From Macrostomum lignano (lineage: Eukaryota): a stretch of DNA of 64,000 nt. Position numbers and translations under genes: made by a program. Numbering within the stretch: position 1 is the stretch's first letter; the number at the start of each line of letters is the position of its first letter. Shown here one piece after another: positions 1-11,453 of the stretch. The notes under the pieces are model-generated. The model had not been told where the DNA came from, did not search any database, and saw nothing but the letters and a program-made list of their open reading frames with translations. The stretch spans positions 62,001-126,000 of the forward strand of contig NIVC01001588.1 of NCBI GenBank assembly GCA_002269645.1, in the 5' to 3' direction.

Positions 1-606
1 CAATTTGGAATGTATGACCAACAAGGCCACATGCTAAAATGGCCATAGCTCTAGATAGCTCACAAAGATAAGTAACTAGTTTTTATATGACTAAGTGATT
101 ATATTTATAATAAATTAGGCCCTAAAATACCTAAATATAGCAAGCTCAAGTTTCAAATTGATTGAATCATATCAGTGACCAGTGAATAAAAAAATAAATG
201 TTTTTGGACCTACCAATTTTATTAATAAAAACAACCAGATTGGCCTTTATCAATCAGTTATGTCATTCATGTCTTTCTATTGTTCAATATAGTTTATCTT
301 AAACCTCTAAGGTTTTATTTTCCCATCTTGTTTATGGCTCTATTTAAGATAAAGACTATTTAAGCCTATCAAATTTGTTATAAATTACCATGCCATCAAA
401 CTAAAAATATTGATGAATCCTAGACCTATCAATATATTTATCTCTATCTTTTCTACATATGTAAACAAATAGCCTTTATATGCTACTGCTTATCAATAAC
501 TATCAAGTGACCTAAACCCTAATATGTATATTTCAGATTGGCTTCGATCAAGTCAGGAAGAGTCAATTATAAAATATCGAGATATTATTTAATATATCTT
601 TAATCA

Positions 607-3600
607 ATGGGTGCCCAATTGTGCAGTCCTGTATTGGCTAACAGTTCTTTGCATAGCAGGCAGCGGCAGTCCAAGCAATTTGCTAGTTCAAACACCTATC
701 TTGAGCCATTTAGCCATGCCAACAGCTGTCTGCCACCAGTCTGGGCCCAGATGGCCAGCTTCCAGTCCCTTCCGACAGCTGAGCATTTCCATCGGAACTT
801 GCCTAGCGATCCGGCCAGTGGACTGCTTTGGTCTGTTGATTTGCACTTTGTGCCCAGGTCTGAGCGTCAGCTCATTGTTAGTTTTGCTGCTCATCTACCG
901 CGTGGCGGCATGACTCCGGTACCTGTCAATCAGTTTCTGTCTGGCGGCTGTATCAGCGTGTGGCGAATTGACTCTGTGACAGAAATTAGTGAGAACCGCT
1001 TTGCTTACTTGCTAATCGGGATAGCTAATGGGCTAATGATCGGGCTAATCAGTGAGCTAATGATATAGCTAATCAGTGAGCTAATTGTATAGCTAATCAG
1101 TGAGCTAATGGTACAGCTAATCAGTGAGCTAATTGTATAGCTAATCAGTGAGCTAATTGTATAGCTAATCAGTGAGCTAATGATATAGCTAATCAGTGAG
1201 CTAATGATATAGCTAATCAGTGAGCTAATGATATAGCTAATCAGTGAGCTAATGATATAGCTAATCAGTGAGCTAATGGTACAGCTAATCAGTGAGCTAT
1301 CAGTGTATAGCTAATCAGTGAGCTAATTGTATAGCTAATCAGTGAGCTAAATATATAGCTGATCAGTGAGCTAATTGTATAGCTAATCAGTGAGCTAATT
1401 GTATAGCTAATCAGTGAGCTAATGGTACAGCTAATCTGTGGGCTAATGGTATAGCTAATCAGTGAGCTAATGATATAGCTAATCAATGAGCTAATGATAT
1501 AGCTAATCAGTGAGCTAATGATATAGCTAATCAGTGAGCTAATGATATAGCTAATCAGTGAGCTAAATATATAGCTAATCAGTGAGCTAATGATATAGCT
1601 AATCAGTGAGCTAATGATATAGCTAATCAGTGAGCTAATGGTATAGCTAATCAGTGAGCTAATTGTATAGCTAATCAGTGAGCTAATGATATAGCTAATC
1701 AGTTCAGCCCCCGCCCAACCGCAGCCTGCAGCCTGCTCCCGCGCCTCCAGTCTATGTCCTATCCCTGCCGGGTCCGGGTGGCCGTGCACCCCGGCTGGCC
1801 CAAAGTCTGTTTTGCCGGCGAGCTCGGCCTCAGCCTGGTGGACCTGCTGGCCCCGCCAGTCAACGGCCTCCCCCGGGTTCGCAGCGCCGGCAAGCCCAAC
1901 ATGGGCGAAGTGATCAAAAGCCTGGCCATGTCTCCAAACGGCACCAGAATTCTCGTCATGCTGCGTCTCGCGCACAGATTCTATTTGAGAATTGTCCGGC
2001 TCAGCTCGCTGCCCGATGTGGAAAATGAGGTCAGGAAACTCAGCTGATGGGAAAATGCTGATGGGGAAGATCTGATGGGGAAGATCTGATGGGGAAGATC
2101 TGATGGGAAAGATCTGATGGGAAAGATCTGATGGGGAAGATCTGATGGGAAAGATCTGATGGGGAAGATCTGATGGGAAGATCTGATGGGGAAGATTCTG
2201 ATGGGGAAGATGCTGATGGGGAAGATCTGATGGGGAAGATCTGATGGGGAAGATCTGATGGGAAAGATCTGATGGGAAAGATCTGATGGGGAAGATTCTG
2301 ATGGGGAAGATGTTGATGGAGGAGATGCTGATGGGGAAGATGCTGATGGAGGAGATGCTGATGGGGAAGATGCTGATGGGGAAGATGCTGATGGGGAAGA
2401 TGCTGATGGGGAAGATGCTGATGAAGAATATACTGATGGGGAAGATGCTGATGAATAATATACCGATGGGGAAGATGCTGATGGGGAAGATGCTGATGAA
2501 GAAGATGCTGATGGGGAAGATGCTGATGAAGAAGATGCTGATAGGGAAGATACTGATGGGGAAGATGCTGATGGGGAAGATGCTGATGAAGAAGATGCTG
2601 ATGGGGAAGATACTGATGGGGAAGATGCTGATGAAGAAGATGCTGATGAGGAAGATACGGTAGCGAGTGAGACTGCCATTTGCCAAAACAAAATCTCAAT
2701 TACCTTTGTTCTCCCCTTTCCCACCTCAATCCGCAGGTGAGTCTGGGCCGGCTGATCCCCAGCATGCAGCTTGGCCGGGACTACACGGAGACTGGCCACT
2801 GCGCCTGGAGCTCGGACGGCCGCCGGGTTGGCTTCACCGTCTCCACCGGCCACTACGGCGTGCTGCTGCTGCGTCGACGTCGAGAGTCAAACCCTTGCCT
2901 GCTCAGAAGACGGAACGCCAATGGGAAACTTGAGCCTCTCAGCAGCTTCGTGCTGGCCTTGGAGTGGTGCCGCTGTCCTGCTGACGCTGCCGCCGCTTCG
3001 TCCTCCTCGACTTTCAACGCCGAGCTTTCATCGACTCGGGCGTTCGCCTTCTGGCCGGTAAATCCTGAGTCGGCTGAATTTGTCAACGGCAGCGACAGCG
3101 ATGGGTGCGACGACAGCGTCAGGTTTGTCAGTCGGATCAATCGACAATCGATCATTGATCTATCGACATTCGATAATTGATCTATCGACATTCGATAACT
3201 GATCTATCGACAATTTGATCTATCGAAATTCGATAACTGATCTATCGACATTCGATAATTGATCTATCGAAATTCGATAACTGATCTATCGACATTCGAT
3301 AATTGATCTATCGACATTCTATAACTGATCTATCGACATTCTATAACTGATCTATCGACATTCTATAACTGATCTATCGACAATCGATAATTGATCTATC
3401 GACAATCGATAATTGATCTATCAAAATTCGATAATTGATCTATCGACAATCGATAATTGATCTATCAAAATTCGATAATTGATCTATCAAAATTCGATAA
3501 TTGATCTATCGACAATCGATGATTGATCTATCAAAATTCGATAATTGATCTATCGACATTCGATAATTGATATATTGACAATCGATAATTGATCTATCGA

Positions 3601-4905
3601 CATTCGAATTGATCTATCGACATTCGAATTGATCTATCGACATTCGAATTGATCTATCGACATTCGAATTGATCTATCGACATTCGAATTGATCTATCGA
3701 CATTCGAATTGATCTATCGACATTCGAATTGATCTATCGACATTCGAATTGATCTATCGACATTCGAATTGATCTATCGACATTCGAATTGATCTATCGA
3801 CATTCGAATTGATCTATCGACATTCGAATTGATCTATCGACATTCGAATTGATCTATCGACAATCCTTCCGCTTCAAGCTGCCGCTGCCTGCTGGCTCTC
3901 GGCGACTCCGCCGGCCACCTTCACGTTGTCGGAGGCTTTGTTGATGTCGGCAACGACGATAAAAGCGACTTCGACGTGAACGAGCGGCTGGCGGCCTACC
4001 TGCCTGTACAGCGGGTGGGCCTGAGCCCAGGGGAAACCGCCGAGGTCCTGCAGTTCAGCAGCTCCGGCCGCCTGTTGGCTGTCGGTTGTCGAACAAGCGG
4101 CCGCATTCGAGTGTACCGGTTCGACTGCCGGCGGGTGCGACGGCGAGAGGGCGAGAGCGACGATATTGCAGCGAGAGCCGGAATTACCGTCAGGTATGTA
4201 TGTGCGAGCTGTCATTTTGAAGTGCGCGCGTACTCTTGACTAAGTGCGCACGTACTCTTGACTAAGTGCGCGCGTACTTTTCTTAGGTTAGTGCTTGCGC
4301 ACTCTTTATTAAGTCCGGTTGTACTTTCGACTAATTAGCCGCGTACTCCTGGTCAAGTACACGCGAACGCATTATCAAGTGCGCGCGTACCCTTGATCAA
4401 GTACGACCAAACTTTTAAAACGGAACTTTGAATTTAATTGATGTTGCTTCGGATTTTCGATTGCAGTCTGCAGCTGCTGCGCATTCTGGAGGCCAAGCCG
4501 TGGTCCCCTGCAGCCCTCACCGTTCCCGTTTTCTATCCCGTCGTATCGTTGGCCTTCACCGACACAGAAGAGGTTCTCGTTTCCGCCGACACCGCCGGCT
4601 TTGTCCGACTTTGGCGCCTGCCGCCGCCGAGTCAGCTCGAGTGCACCGACGACAATGGCTTCAAAACCGTCCGCAGCCTCGCCGAGCTCTCCGGCCGCGC
4701 TGTGGCCTCCCGGTGTCCGATTGACTGCGCCGACCGGCTGCCGTTGCCGCCCAGCCTGCTGCCACCGCTCTGCCCCAACCTGATGGATCGGCTGCGTACC
4801 TGCCGACGTCTAAAAATCTTCGGCAACAATCGCGACAGCGACTGGAACCTTGAATTCGACAGAGGACCCGACGAGCCCAAAGTTTTCAGCGTCAGCTTAT
4901 TTTAA
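607..4905 (+). CDS. WD40-like beta-propeller protein with C-terminal SOCS box (WSB-like architecture), 5 coding exons
   Basis: Exons 607-988, 1725-2029, 2737-3122, 3879-4193 and 4467-4905 join in frame through GT-AG sites (phases 1,0,2,2). Propeller-like motifs: IKSLAMSPNGTRILV, CAWSSDGRRVGF, LLALGDSAGHLHVV, LQFSSSGRLLAVG, VSLAFTDTEEVLVSADTAGFVRLW. SOCS-box-like C-terminus VRSLAELSGRAV...DRLPLPPSLLPPL. The start could be 607 or a later Met. Confidence 0.7.
1018..1702. repeat. Intronic minisatellite, 24-nt unit AGCTAATCAGTGAGCTAATGATAT (two related 12-mers)
   Basis: Visible tandem array filling intron 1 of the WD40-SOCS gene. Confidence 0.95.
2043..2655. repeat. Intronic minisatellite, 14/15-nt unit GAT(G)CTGATGGGGAA
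   Basis: Tandem array filling intron 2 of the WD40-SOCS gene. Confidence 0.95.
3150..3862. repeat. Intronic minisatellite, 22-nt unit changing to 20-nt GAATTGATCTATCGACATTC
   Basis: Tandem array filling intron 3. The 3' part (about 3590-3860) is a near-perfect 20-mer. Confidence 0.95.
4215..4405. repeat. Degenerate intronic tandem repeat (about 20 nt, GTGCGCGTACTCTTGACTAA-like)
   Basis: Recurring GTGCGCG..GTACT motif in intron 4. Confidence 0.6.
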
Positions 4906-6044
4906 TGGATTCCGAAATCGCACTGTAGCATATTGTTTGTTTCCAAGTACGTTTGGTACCGTTGGTTTAATGCGCGCCTGTGTGTACTTTTGTGTGAGTA
5001 CGTACGTACTTTTATATGAGTTCGAGTGTACTTTACTAAGTACGTGTGTACTCTTTTAAGTACACATGTACTTTTTAAGTATGCGTGTACTTTTCCATGT
5101 ACACGTGCACTTTTAGGTACGCATGTACTTTTTTTAAACATGCGTGTACTTTTTGGGAATCGTGCGAACTATTTATTGTTGTACGACATCATCTTTGCGT
5201 GGGAGCTTCATTCAGGAGCTGCACAAAATTTCCCATTTTCTGGTAGCTGATATCTAGATTTGTTTATATTTTTTGCTTTCAAATCCTATAGAATATTTTC
5301 TTTGAGGCTTTTTTAACTTTTCTCCAACTTTATTTTTATAACACTATTTCCCTGAGCTCATCCGAAACTTTTATTTTTTATGCTATCGAAAAAAGGTTAC
5401 CGATTTCTTTCGGGCCTACTTTAAGTAGCTTGCTTGTTTTTTAAGATCATTACTGCAAAAGTTTCCATTGTAAATTATAGTAATTAGACAACTAGTTTTG
5501 ACAATAATTTTAAAATACAAACCAATGTAGAAATGCCTTCATTCCTATTTTGTTTAAATACACCTTCGTTAATAAAAGAGTTTTATAAAAAGCAACAGAA
5601 CTGATTCTGGTCAATTTTGGATTTCCGCTTTTTTTACTACTGGAATTTGTTTAAAATTCAGAATTGGTTCAATTCGAAATTCGTTAAGCACTTACTTAGG
5701 CAGTATCTCATCGGTTTGCTAAATAATTGGTTTTGCATTCTGCTCAGAGAAAAATGTTATCTACATTAACTTTTAGGATAATTCCAGCATGTTTCATCTC
5801 TTTTTGGCGGGGATCCCGATCGACTGCCGGCTTCCGGCTTTGGCCAGCTGATGCCGCTGCTGGATTGCTGTTGTTAACATCGTGTGATGTGGAGCAGGCT
5901 TAGTTTTTTGCATGGCCGGTTCCTGATGTTGCTCGGTCTGCTTGTTTATCATTCTGAAAATTGAGCAAACTTTCAAAGACCAGGGCGATTGACAACCTTG
6001 TTTGGAGGGGGGGGGGGAAAGCAGCCGGGGTGATAAAGTTTAAT

Positions 6045-7235
6045 TTGTGGCGCCAAACTGGGGCGCCAACTTGCAATACATGGCACCCAACTTCAGTAGA
6101 TGGCGCCAAAATTAAATTAGTGCCAAACTTTAATTGATGGCGCCAAACTTCAATAAAAAGGCGCCAAACTTCACTATAATGGCGCAAAACTTCTATCAAA
6201 ACAATGGCGCCGAGCTTTAATCCAGTGGCGCCAAAATTTCAACTGATAGAGCTAAACTGCAACAGATGGCGCCAAACTGCAACAGATGGCGCCAAACTGC
6301 AATAGATGGCGCCAAACTGCAATAGATGGCGCCAAACTGCAATAGATGGCACCAAACTGCAATAGATGGCGCCAAACTGCAATAGATGGCGCCAAACTGC
6401 AACAGTTGGCACCAAACTGCAATAGATGGCGCCAAACTGCAATAGATGGCGCCAAACTGCAACAGTTGGCACCAAACTGCAATAGATGGCGCCAAACTGC
6501 AATAGATGGCGCCAAACTGCAATAGATGGCGCCAAACTGCAATAGTTGGCACCAAACTGCAATAGATGGCGCCAAACTGCAATAGATGGCACCAAACTGC
6601 AATAGATGGAGCCAAACTGCAATAGATGGCACCAAACTGCAATAGATGGCGCCAAACTGCAATTGATGGCGCTAAATTGCAACAGATGACGCCAAATTGC
6701 AACAGATGACGCCAAACTGCAACAGATGGCGCCAAACTGCAACAGATGGCGCCAAACTGCAATAGATGGCGCCAAACTGTAATAGATGGCGCCAAACTGC
6801 AATAGATGGCACCAAACTGCAATAGATGGCGCCAAACTGCAATAGATGACGCCAAACTGCAACAGATGGCGCCAAACTGCAATAGATGGCGCCAAACTGC
6901 AATAGATGGCACCAAACTGCAATAGATGGCGCCAAACTGCAATAGATGGCACCAAACTGCAATAGATGGCGCCAAACTGCAATAGATGGCGCCAAACTGC
7001 AACAGTTGGCACCAAACTGCAATAGATGGCGCCAAACTGCAATAGATGGCGCCAAACTGCAACAGTTGGCACCAAACTGCAATAGATGGCGCCAAACTGC
7101 AATAGATGGCACCAAACTGCAATAGATGGCGCCAAACTGCAATAGATGGCGCCAAACTGCAACAGTTGGAACCAAACTGCAATAGATGGCGCCAAACTGC
7201 AATAGATGGCGCCAAACTGCAATACAGCGCGGCGC
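6045..7235. repeat. Minisatellite, 20-nt unit TGGCGCCAAACTGCAATAGA
   Basis: About 50 well-conserved copies, degenerating at the left edge. Confidence 0.97.
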
Positions 7236-7622
7236 CATTGCTTTCTCTGTTTCAGACAAAAGTTGAAAGTATCGCTCTGAATTACAATGCAACTGCTCGT
7301 CAAATTTTTTCTATTCATTGATCTTCATAAGTCTACTAAAAAACTTTGCTGCATGTGCGACTAGTGAGTCGAAAAGTTTTCTAGATTAATCACTTCGGCA
7401 TCAACTAGTAGCTAGGCTGTAAGCTATGCGAGACCGGTCACAGTCAGACAGTTTGACCAATCGGAAGTCTCCAGTTGAAAGCGGTTATCTCTCAGCTGAT
7501 CATTGGGTTAAACACGGACGAAGTTTAAGCCACAGATACATATAAATGGGCCACCCACCTCTGTGAGGCTGCGCAGAGAGAGATTCGCTATCCAACAGCA
7601 AGCGGCAGGAGCAGCAGCAGCC

Positions 7623-9606
7623 ATGGCCGGCTGCCGTATTGTCCAGCTGTTCGTGGCCAGCACCAGCCTTCGCGGATTCGCCAAGCTGGCCAAGCCGGGC
7701 CAGCAGCCGTTCCTGAGGCTGCTGTGGGCCGGCTTCATCCTGAGCATGCTCTGTGTGCTCAGCCTGAGCTGCTACTCGCTAATGTTCGAGTACTTTCAGT
7801 ATCACGTGAGCCTGCAGACTGACCAGCTGGTGAAGCACCCCAGCCCGTTTCCCAGCATCACGATCTGCTCGCACCAGCCGTTCTCTAAGCGCGCCGTCAG
7901 CCTGTGGTCGAACGGCACCGCGCCAAGTCCGGCCAACTTCTCCGGCAGGGTGCGAGCCGTGATGCGCGACCTCCTGGCGCAGGGCCGCTACCAGGACGCG
8001 CGCGAGGTCTTCCAGACTGACAGGCTGTCGGGCTACTACCAGAACCTGGAGCACAGCCAGATTGTGCGGCTGGGTCACGACCAGGCCGATCTGCTGCTGT
8101 TCTGCGTGATGCGACACAGTCACAACACCAACCCGTCTGTGGCGCATGAGGACCAGTGCAAGCACCGCGTCAGGCGCATCCTGCACCCACTCTACTTCAA
8201 CTGCTTCGACCTCGAGTTGGCCAAAGATCCCAACTACGTGAGCAGCGTCTCCATGGTGATCTCAGGCGGCGGCCAGATAGAAAGCGGTCTTAGCGACCAG
8301 GTGTACAACCTGTTCGACCAAGCCGCCGGCCTGGTCATCGTGCTGCACGAGCCCGGCACGTACCCGGACACGGACTCGGAGCATTACAAGATCCAGCTGG
8401 GCACTGCTAACACCATTCGCTACACGACTGAGCGGTACGTGCACCACAGATCCCCGAAGACTGACTGCATGCACAACTGGGAGATGCCGTTCGAGGCGCC
8501 GAGGATATCGCAGAACAGCGAGATCGATTTTCACTACACGCAAAGCGCCTGCATTGGCCAGAGGATCAGCCAGTTCATCACCGAGCACTGCAACTGCACG
8601 TCTGCGTTCCACCTCAGCGACAGGAAGATGGACAAGGCCGTTCCATTCTGCAGCCGCTTGCCGGAGGGGGACAGCGTTGCCAGCGCTGAGCAAATGCTGG
8701 CTAGGATCGCCTGCGCCAGGAACATCAGTCTGGAAAAGGTGTACTCGGAGCCGGGGGACCACACCGCCTGCCGACGGAGATGCGTGCGCTGGAGATACTC
8801 GGTGAGCCGCTTCGTCTGTTTCTGCACCGGTTGCTGGTGTCTGCCATGCTTGCTGGTGTCTGCCATGCTTGATGGTGTCTGCCATGCTTGATGGTGTCTG
8901 CCATGCTTGATGGTGTCTGCCATGCTTGATGGTGTCTGCCATGCTTGATGGTGTCTGCCATGCTTGATGGTGTCTGCCATGCTTGATGGTGTCTGCCATG
9001 CTTGCTGGTGTCTGCCATGCTTGATGGTGTCTCTGCCATGCAAACTGCTCAGCCGCTCATGCCCAGGTGGAGCAGTCAAACAGCGACTGGCGCCCGCTGG
9101 GCTCCCAGCTTCGCTGGATGAAGCCCGTCACGGAGATTCTGAGCAAAGCGAACGGAATCGCCATAGCAACGGAGGACGCCAGATTGCTGGAGGATTTCTT
9201 TGCGGACGGAGCCGACGGCAACTGGACAGATGCCAGGTCGGCCTCGGACGAAGGCATGGCCATGGTGACGGTGGTGCGCGAGACCTTCGCCACGATGCAA
9301 CAGTCGGAGAAGCCGGTGATCTCGCCCAGCGCCCTAGTCAGCCGGCTTGGCGGTGTCGGCACCCTGACGCTCGGCGTGACCCTCACCTTCGCGTTCGAGC
9401 TGGTCGAGCTGATCTACTTGGCCGCGGCTGAGGCGCTGTGCGGATCTGCCGGCAGCAACAAAGCAGCTGACGCCGCCGAGGACGACGCTGCGCTGGCTGA
9501 TGGACTGCTGAACGCCATCCGGTCGGAGGGCCTGGCAGTCAGGACGGTGATCGGCGGCGGAGCAGCTGTACAAGCCGAGCCGAAGCTGAACAACAGCTCG
9601 TTGTAG
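7623..9606 (+). CDS. DEG/ENaC (amiloride-sensitive sodium channel family) subunit, 2 coding exons
   Basis: Exon 1 7623-8801 (donor TCG|GTGAGC), exon 2 9067-9606 (acceptor CCCAG|GTG), phase 0. Family motifs: pre-TM1 F.ASTSLRG, TM1 RLLWAGFILSMLCVL, FPSITIC, HPLYFNCF, GLVIVLHEPGTYP, cysteine-rich YTQSAC...CNC...C, TM2 SRLGGVGTLTLGVTLTFAFELVELI. The frame is open upstream to 7563. Confidence 0.9.
8830..9040. repeat. Intronic minisatellite, 19-nt unit GCTTGATGGTGTCTGCCAT
   Basis: Tandem array in the ENaC intron (8802-9066). Confidence 0.95.
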
Positions 9607-9764
9607 CAGCGGCCGGCCAAGGACTGCGGTTGTTCAAGGACAGTTGAAGCCACTTGGATGCATCGGAAGTAGAAGTACAGTTCCTGGCATGGACCACTAA
9701 AGTAGAAGTACAGTTCCTGGACTACTGAAGTAGAAGTAAAGTCATCTTTGAAATAGAACTACAG

Positions 9765-10110
9765 TTGTAGCTTGGTGCCACATTATTGTAGTTTTTTGCC
9801 ACTTTACTGTAGTTTGACGCCACTTTACTGTAGTTTGACGCCACTTTACTGTAGTTTGACGCCACTTTACTGTAGTTTGACGCCACTTTATTGTAGTTTG
9901 ACGCCACTTTATTAGTTTGACGCCACTTTACTGTAGTTTTGCGCCACATTATTGTAGTCTGGCGCCACTTTATTGTAGTCTGGCGCCAATTTATTAAAGT
10001 TTGGCGCCACTTTAGTGTAGTTTGACGCCACTTTACTGTAGTTTGACGCCACTTTGTTAGTTTGACGCCACTTTAATGTAGTTTTATGCCACTTTATTGT
10101 AGTTCGGCGC
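9765..10110. repeat. Minisatellite, 21-nt unit GACGCCACTTTACTGTAGTTT
   Basis: Tandem array. Its reverse complement resembles the 6045-7235 unit. Confidence 0.9.
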
Positions 10111-10357
10111 CTCGTTGTTGTACATGTATGTAGTTTGAAGCCTAGCTAGACACATTTTGTTTAGATTTTCTTAAAGCGTTTTTAGCGATTACAAAATGCA
10201 GTGTAAAATTTTAAGTGACTCTGTACTGCCTATTCTTGTTACAAATAATGTTTCCTGATATCATTTAGTTTGCAAAATAAAACTTTTATGATTGGAAAAC
10301 CATATATAATTCACAAAAAAGTAAACGTGTATAAATATTACTTTACATGTACATAGG

Positions 10358-10615
10358 ATCAAGAGAAGTCAAGGGAAGTCAAGGGAAGTCAAGGGGGTCA
10401 AGAGAAGTAAAGGGGGTCAAGAGAAGTCAAGGGGGTCAAGAGAAGTCAAGGGGGTCAAGAGAAGTCAAGGGGGTCAAGGGAAGTCAAGGGGGTCAAGGGA
10501 AGTCAAGGGGGTCAAGGGAAGTCAAGGAGGTCAAGGGAAGTCAAGGGGGTCAAGGAAAGTCAAGGGAAGTCAAGGGGGTCAAGGAAAGTCAAGGGAAGTC
10601 AAGGGGGTCAAGGAA
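10358..10615. repeat. Purine-rich repeat built on a 10-nt unit GTCAAGGG(A/G)(A/G)
   Basis: Visible tandem array. Confidence 0.9.
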
Positions 10616-11453
10616 AGCCGAAGAAGAAAAAAGTTTAAGCATTGAAAGTGAAAAAAATATTGAACATAAAACCTCAATCCTGATCGTGCAATATCATGTT
10701 CTGCAGAATCAACTGTAGCAAAAATCTGTTTTGCATATTTCTATTTGTTTTAAAAAACATTGAAAGAAGATTTAAAAAACCAGAGCATGCTTATTATTGC
10801 AGCTGGAATCAATACAAATCAGTATGATTGGCAATGCTAGTTGATAGGTGTTGACGAATTCCAAAACTTCTACCTTTTTTTAATTTATAAAATCAATCTA
10901 CATATGGTATCAGTAGTCAGTTCAAGTTTCAAGACGCTAAATTTATCTACGAAGTCGCAGATAAAAATTTATGTATTCGAGCAAATAAATCGCATCAGCC
11001 TACTACTCGATCAAACAAAATTAGCATATAAACAACGAAAATATAAACAACGGTCCATGAACGAAGCGCAAAATTTGAAATGGAAAAATTGACAAAAATA
11101 AAACACACAATTTCACTGCTCGTGAAATTCTTCCAATAGCAGCTATACACGGCATTGAAAGAAGCTCTGGCATCGTACTACTTTTTATCTTGGCCATAAT
11201 TCCCTACTTCAACTATATTTGTCTACTATAAGTAGGCCTGAGGTACTTTATATTGGCGAGTGATTCAAATACTTACTTGCATAAAAATTCTTGCTTTTGT
11301 CTACTATTTCTACTACAAGTAGGCAAACGAAAGACTGCTATCGTAAATTATTCACGTGAGCTAGTCTTGGACATTTAATTAAAAGCATTTTTCTCGAGGC
11401 TGTAAAAGCACCATTAGACAGGATACTGGGCAGTGACTGCTCACCTCGCGCCG

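Noticed and set aside
1289-2853. Long minus-strand ORFs (465, 290 and 219 aa)
   Set aside because: They are stop-free repeat arrays plus the antisense of a real plus-strand exon.
5790-6000. GC-richer island that could be a small exon
   Set aside because: All frames stop early, and there is no recognisable motif or consistent pair of splice sites.
6217-7318. 332 and 359 aa ORFs over the 20-nt array
   Set aside because: Pure repeat translation.
1018-9040. Branch-point-like YTRAY motifs in several intronic repeat units as a general rule
   Set aside because: Present in the first four arrays but absent from several others on the sense strand; the motif is too short to separate from chance.
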